A stretch of DNA of 11,383 bases from Candidatus Micrarchaeia archaeon. GTDB taxonomy: Archaea; Micrarchaeota; Micrarchaeia; CAILAH01. The number at the start of each line of letters is the position of its first letter. Position 1 is the first letter of the stretch. The translations under genes and the position numbers were made by a program. Under the pieces are notes generated by a model, which saw only the letters and a program-made list of their open reading frames with translations, was not told the origin of the DNA and searched no databases. Where the stretch lies: NCBI GenBank assembly GCA_038740245.1, contig JAVYLZ010000021.1:1-11383 (forward strand), given 5' to 3'. Below are positions 7,446-11,383 of this stretch, one piece after another.

Positions 7446-8138
7446 ATGTTTTTGGATGGAAAACACGTGGGGAAAACAGGCGTGAAAACTGTTGCTGGAG
7501 AGTATATGATTGCAATCGGCGACTCAATCACTGCCGGCACAAATTCAACATTCATAACGCCCCTTTCGCAGGACAATTATGCCGCATACCTCTCAAAGAG
7601 GATGGGGTATAAGCTTTTCAACCTCGCTTATCCGATGGCCACGTCGCGCAGCGCGCTTTCACAGGCCAAGCGCATGGAAGAAATTGCCAGGCACCGCGGC
7701 AGAAAGGCGGCGCTTGCAGTGGTAATGATCGGTGCCAACGATGTATTCAGGAACAGGCCTGCCAAGGAGTTTGAGGAGAACCTTTCGCACATAGTGGCAG
7801 CCGCAAAAAAATGCTCAAATAAGGTGGTTGTGCTCGGGCTGCCGGACCTCAGGCATTTCAGCGGTATCCGGAGCCGTAGCGCACCGTTCTTCCACGCAAT
7901 CTACGGGGCTATCGGCATGAAGGTGCTGAGCCCCGCAACCTGGAAGCGGTTTGACCAGTTTGACCGCATAATACGCAACGTTGCAAAGCGCAATAAGGTA
8001 TATTTTGTGGATGTGCACGCGCACAGCTTTTCAAAGGAGGATTTGGGTGTTGACCGGCTGCACGCGGGCCGGCGCGGGCACGTGCGCATTTCCGAGTATA
8101 TATACAGGATGCTCAGCAAAAGCAAAGGTAGGAAATGA
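7446..8138 (+). CDS. SGNH/GDSL family hydrolase (lipase/esterase)
   Basis: Block I IGDSITAG, block III IGANDV, block V DRLH. SD GAGGTG at 7435-7440 sits 5 nt before ATG 7446; only 15 nt after the peptidase stop, so probably co-transcribed. Confidence 0.92.
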   Translation: MFLDGKHVGKTGVKTVAGEYMIAIGDSITAGTNSTFITPLSQDNYAAYLSKRMGYKLFNLAYPMATSRSALSQAKRMEEIARHRGRKAALAVVMIGANDVFRNRPAKEFEENLSHIVAAAKKCSNKVVVLGLPDLRHFSGIRSRSAPFFHAIYGAIGMKVLSPATWKRFDQFDRIIRNVAKRNKVYFVDVHAHSFSKEDLGVDRLHAGRRGHVRISEYIYRMLSKSKGRK

Positions 8139-8187
8139 ACTCGCATGCTCACAAAATTCGGGGCAATTGCAAAAGGTGAAAATAGGA

Positions 8188-9096
8188 TTATATGCGCACT
8201 GTCTCAACGTAATCGTGTGCTGTGCCGGGCAGTGCAATCGTTGGACCGTCAATGCCCTCAATTACAAAGTCCGGCCTGTGCTCGCCCATCTGCTCGCAGT
8301 ACATTGAGATTATGCCTGCAAGGTTCTGCATAATGCCCGCGGCACCGTCCTCCTTGAACAGGAGCTTGAGCATCTTGGCCGCATTGCTGGTCTCAAGGTC
8401 CATGCTCATAAGGTCCCGCATTACCTTTGACACATATGCGTGCATATGCTCGGATTCCGGGTATATTGCAAGCGGGTTCCATGACCCGGCAAACACTGCA
8501 TACACGATGGGCATGGACAGGAACGAGCACTTGTCAAGCCTTGGCGTGCCCTCCTTTTTGCGCGGCTTCTGGTCGGGTGCACCTAGGTTTACAACCACGC
8601 CGCCGGCAATCAGCGACTCAAGCCGTGCATCTATCTCGCGGCGCTCAAACACAAGGGTTTTTTTGTATATGGGTATGTGGCCTATGTATTTTATGAGCCG
8701 CTTCTCGGAGTACCTTTCCTCAAAATAATCCATAAGCTGCTTATACGTGAAAGTTGGGTTCGCCCTCAGGAAATTGGAGAATGCATTGTCAAGCACATCC
8801 GCATTGTCAATGTCAATCGCACGCTGGATGGGCTGCTGGAGCGACTGGTTGATATCCATAAGCAGGCGCTCGTAATCTATGAGCTGCGACTCTATGGACA
8901 TAACGCGCGAAGCAAACTGCTCCGCCTCCGCCTCTGTAATCTCACCTGTCTGCTGGTGTATCTCCCTCCTAAGCGAGCGGTACGCCTCTGTAAACACGCC
9001 TAGCGCAACCGCATCTAAAACCAGCTTCTCATCATCACGCAGCTGGGCGCGGAGCTCCTTGTATGCCTCAATATCCTCAGGCCTTTCCTTGGTCAT
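8188..9096 (-). CDS. Hypothetical protein (~302 aa), helical N-terminus, possible winged-helix domain
   Basis: Long ORF that fills the gap between the SGNH gene and cdc48, with protein-like composition. GGTG SD (9102-9105) 5 nt before ATG 9096, upstream TATA-like element, T-rich stretch after the stop. No family recognised. The ORF track starts at GTG 9111. Confidence 0.8.
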   Translation of the reverse strand: MTKERPEDIEAYKELRAQLRDDEKLVLDAVALGVFTEAYRSLRREIHQQTGEITEAEAEQFASRVMSIESQLIDYERLLMDINQSLQQPIQRAIDIDNADVLDNAFSNFLRANPTFTYKQLMDYFEERYSEKRLIKYIGHIPIYKKTLVFERREIDARLESLIAGGVVVNLGAPDQKPRKKEGTPRLDKCSFLSMPIVYAVFAGSWNPLAIYPESEHMHAYVSKVMRDLMSMDLETSNAAKMLKLLFKEDGAAGIMQNLAGIISMYCEQMGEHRPDFVIEGIDGPTIALPGTAHDYVETVRI

Positions 9097-9127
9097 ATGC
9101 ACACCGCACACTTACGGCGCGTTTACA

Positions 9128-9136
9128 TTATAAAAA
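9128..9136 (-). promoter_or_regulatory. Putative TATA box of the hypothetical gene
   Basis: TTTTTATAA on the minus strand about 32 nt upstream of ATG 9096. Confidence 0.4.
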
Positions 9137-9229
9137 CGTTGCGGTCGGCAAAACGGAATGCCACAAGTAATTATGATTTTAAACATAAGGCGCTTAAAGC
9201 ATAACCGTAGGTGTTGGAAGGGGTTAATT

Positions 9230-11377
9230 ATGGTCAAGGAGATTGAGCAGAAGGTGGCTGAAGCATTGCAGCATGATGTCGGCAGGGGCATTGTAAGGAT
9301 GGACAGTGCCGCACGCAAGGAGCTTGACGTTACAACTGGCGATGTGGTTGAGCTTAAGGGCAAGAAAACAACCGCAGCCATTGTATGGCAGGCACACCCG
9401 CGTGATGAGGGGTACGGCATTGTGCGCATGGACGGCTACCTGCGGCAGAATGCGGGCGTTGCCATCGGGGACAAGATACTCATAAAAAAGGCCGATGTAA
9501 AGGAGGCAAAGAAGATTGTGCTGGCGCCAAAACAGCCCATGCAGTTCTCACAGGGGTTTGACCAGATACTTAAGCGGCGGCTTGTCGGCAGGGCGCTTAC
9601 GAGAGGGGATGTGATTTACGTTGCGGTGTTCGGCACGCCGTTCCCCTTGGTTGTCACGCAGACGTTCCCGACAGGTGTAGTCCTTATTGGGAATGATTCT
9701 GAGCTTACGCTTAAGAATGAGCCCTCAAAAGAAACCAGCAGGATACCGTCGATATCCTATGAGGATATAGGCGGGTTAAAGGAGGAAATACAAAAAGTCC
9801 GTGAAATGGTTGAGCTCCCGCTCAGGCACCCCGAGCTGTTCCAGCGGCTTGGCATTGACCCGCCAAAGGGCGTGCTGATATACGGGCCGCCGGGCACGGG
9901 CAAGACACTGCTCGCAAAAGCGGTTGCGTCTGAGAGCGAGGCTAATTTCTATTATATAGGCGGGCCTGAACTAGTAAGCAAGTACGTGGGCGAGAGTGAG
10001 GAACGGCTGAGGAAGCTGTTCAAGGATGCCGAGGAAAATGCGCCCAGCATCATATTTATGGATGAGCTTGATGCAATTGCGCCCAAGAGGGAGGAGGCCA
10101 CCGGTGAGGTTGAGAGAAGAGTGGTGAGCCAGCTCCTCACGCTTATGGACGGGCTGAACGCGCGCGGCCAGGTTATAGTGATTGGCGCGACCAACAGGCC
10201 AAACTCAATTGACCAGGCGCTCAGGAGGCCGGGCAGGTTTGACAGGGAGATTGAGATAGGTGTGCCCGACAGGAACGCGCGCGAGGAGATACTTGAGATA
10301 CACACGCGCCATATGCCGCTCAGCAAGGATGTGGACATCAAGAAAATTGCGGATATTACGCACGGGTATACGGGCGCGGACATAAGCTCGCTTTGCAAGG
10401 AAGCGGCTATGCGTGCGCTGCGGAGAAAACTGCCTGACCTTGACCTTGAGGGGCCGATCCCTGCCGAAGAGCTTGAGAAGATTGAGGTGAACCAGGGCGA
10501 CTTTATGGATGCTATGCGGGAGATTCTGCCCTCGGCACTGAGAGAGGTGTTTACCGAAGTGCCAAATGTGAGATGGTCTGATGTCGGCGGGCTTGACAGG
10601 GCCAAGCAGCTGCTTAACGAGGCAGTTGAGCTGCCGCTTAACCACCCTGAATACTTTGAGAAGATGGGCATACGCCCGAGCAAGGGCATACTGCTCGTTG
10701 GGCCGCCGGGCACGGGCAAGACACTGCTCGCAAAAGCTGTGGCCACCGAGAGCCAGGCAAACTTCATCTCAATCAAGGGGCCGGAGGTGCTCAGCAAATG
10801 GGTTGGCGAGAGCGAGAAGGTTGTGCGCGAGATATTCAAGAAGGCACGGCAGGCCGCTCCCTGTGTGGTGTTCATAGACGAGATTGATGCTATTGCGCCG
10901 GTGCGCGGGTATGACGAGGGCTCAAAGGTTACTGAGAGGATTGTGAATACGCTGCTCACTGAAATGGACGGCATCAGCAACACCAAGCGCGTTGTTGTGA
11001 TTGCGGCTACCAACAGGCCGGACATACTTGACAATGCGCTGGTGCGGCCGGGTAGGTTTGATTATGTGATTGAGGTTGGCATGCCTGATGAAAAGACACG
11101 CGAGGAGATATTCAAGGTGCACACGCGCAGCATGCCTCTCACATCGGACGTGAGCCTGAAGAAGCTTGCTGAAATGACTGAGGGGTATACCGGAGCGGAC
11201 ATTGAGGGCATATGCAGGGAGGCGGGCATGATTCTAATTCGCAGCGGCCGCGTAAACGAAAAAGTGCGGCTGGCGGACTTTATGAAAGCTATTGAAACAG
11301 TCAGGCCTTCCGCATCCAAGGGCGACATAGGCAGAATTGAGAAATTCAAGCAGATGGAAAGCGTGATATACAGGTGA
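9230..11377 (+). CDS. cdc48: CDC48/VAT (p97-like) double-ring AAA+ ATPase
   Basis: N-domain ([17 protein letters not shown]...[12 protein letters not shown]) and two AAA modules, each with [15 protein letters not shown], Walker B ([16 protein letters not shown]), ATNRP and RPGRFD; C-terminal HbYX (IYR). ATG 9230 follows the purine-rich GGAAGGGG; the ORF-track extension from 9158 looks like intergenic sequence. Confidence 0.98.
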   Translation: MVKEIEQKVAEALQHDVGRGIVRMDSAARKELDVTTGDVVELKGKKTTAAIVWQAHPRDEGYGIVRMDGYLRQNAGVAIGDKILIKKADVKEAKKIVLAPKQPMQFSQGFDQILKRRLVGRALTRGDVIYVAVFGTPFPLVVTQTFPTGVVLIGNDSELTLKNEPSKETSRIPSISYEDIGGLKEEIQKVREMVELPLRHPELFQRLGIDPPKGVLIYGPPGTGKTLLAKAVASESEANFYYIGGPELVSKYVGESEERLRKLFKDAEENAPSIIFMDELDAIAPKREEATGEVERRVVSQLLTLMDGLNARGQVIVIGATNRPNSIDQALRRPGRFDREIEIGVPDRNAREEILEIHTRHMPLSKDVDIKKIADITHGYTGADISSLCKEAAMRALRRKLPDLDLEGPIPAEELEKIEVNQGDFMDAMREILPSALREVFTEVPNVRWSDVGGLDRAKQLLNEAVELPLNHPEYFEKMGIRPSKGILLVGPPGTGKTLLAKAVATESQANFISIKGPEVLSKWVGESEKVVREIFKKARQAAPCVVFIDEIDAIAPVRGYDEGSKVTERIVNTLLTEMDGISNTKRVVVIAATNRPDILDNALVRPGRFDYVIEVGMPDEKTREEIFKVHTRSMPLTSDVSLKKLAEMTEGYTGADIEGICREAGMILIRSGRVNEKVRLADFMKAIETVRPSASKGDIGRIEKFKQMESVIYR
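9884..9921 (+). repeat. Exact 38-bp direct repeat, copy 1 (cdc48 D1 Walker A)
   Basis: GGGCCGCCGGGCACGGGCAAGACACTGCTCGCAAAAGC, identical to 10700-10737. Confidence 0.9.
10700..10737 (+). repeat. Exact 38-bp direct repeat, copy 2 (cdc48 D2 Walker A)
   Basis: Identical to 9884-9921, including all synonymous positions. Confidence 0.9.
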
Positions 11378-11383
11378 TTTCGT

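Noticed and set aside
8139..8187. Convergent intergenic gap as an sRNA or hairpin
   Set aside because: Only 49 nt with an 8-bp palindrome (GCAATTGC) and short T runs on the minus strand; at most a weak terminator.
2894..9096. SMC plus neighbours as a Wadjet, Lamassu or SbcCD/Rad50-type defence or repair system
   Set aside because: The protein has a canonical condensin hinge (no zinc hook) and canonical length; no nuclease, Toprim or JetA/B-like genes are adjacent, and the neighbours are a peptidase and an esterase.
8188..9096. Orphan as the missing ScpA or ScpB
   Set aside because: It lacks the N-terminal ScpA DPWDIDI-type motif and ScpB signatures, and its putative winged helix is central rather than C-terminal. 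Kept only as a structural test.
8222..9133. Plus-strand ORFs overlapping the orphan gene
   Set aside because: Shorter, fragmented and Ser-rich; the minus-strand ORF spans the gap and has SD and TATA-like signals.
9952..11034. 360-aa antisense ORF inside cdc48
   Set aside because: Same mirror-frame effect; no motifs or expression signals of its own.
1157..11377. Kazal domain, Xaa-Pro peptidase and Cdc48 as one proteolysis system
   Set aside because: They are in different transcription units, orientations and cellular compartments; co-location in a compact shuffled genome is enough to explain it.

Overview
An archaeal chromosomal window, most likely from a DPANN-type lineage (inference from the Cdc48/VAT with an HbYX tail, TATA-box promoters, GGTG/GAGGTG Shine-Dalgarno sites and CxDxDGG cysteine repeats). 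Gene order: myo-inositol-1-phosphate synthase (minus strand, running off the left edge and missing from the ORF track), divergent from a PadR-family regulator with a 28-bp near-perfect palindrome between them; a 548-aa Cys-rich surface lipoprotein (lipobox, atypical Kazal-like domain, four ~64-aa six-Cys repeats, beta-rich tail); chromosome segregation protein SMC with no adjacent scpA; an M24 Xaa-Pro peptidase; an SGNH/GDSL hydrolase; an orphan ~300-aa protein with a possible winged helix; and a Cdc48/VAT double-AAA+ ATPase. I see no RNA genes, CRISPR arrays or mobile elements. The region is mostly housekeeping and I cannot demonstrate a new multi-gene system. The best leads are the putative PadR/operator/ino1 switch, the repeat lipoprotein, an exact 38-bp identity between the two Walker A segments of cdc48, the orphan gene and strong depletion of TCGA/GATC/CTAG.
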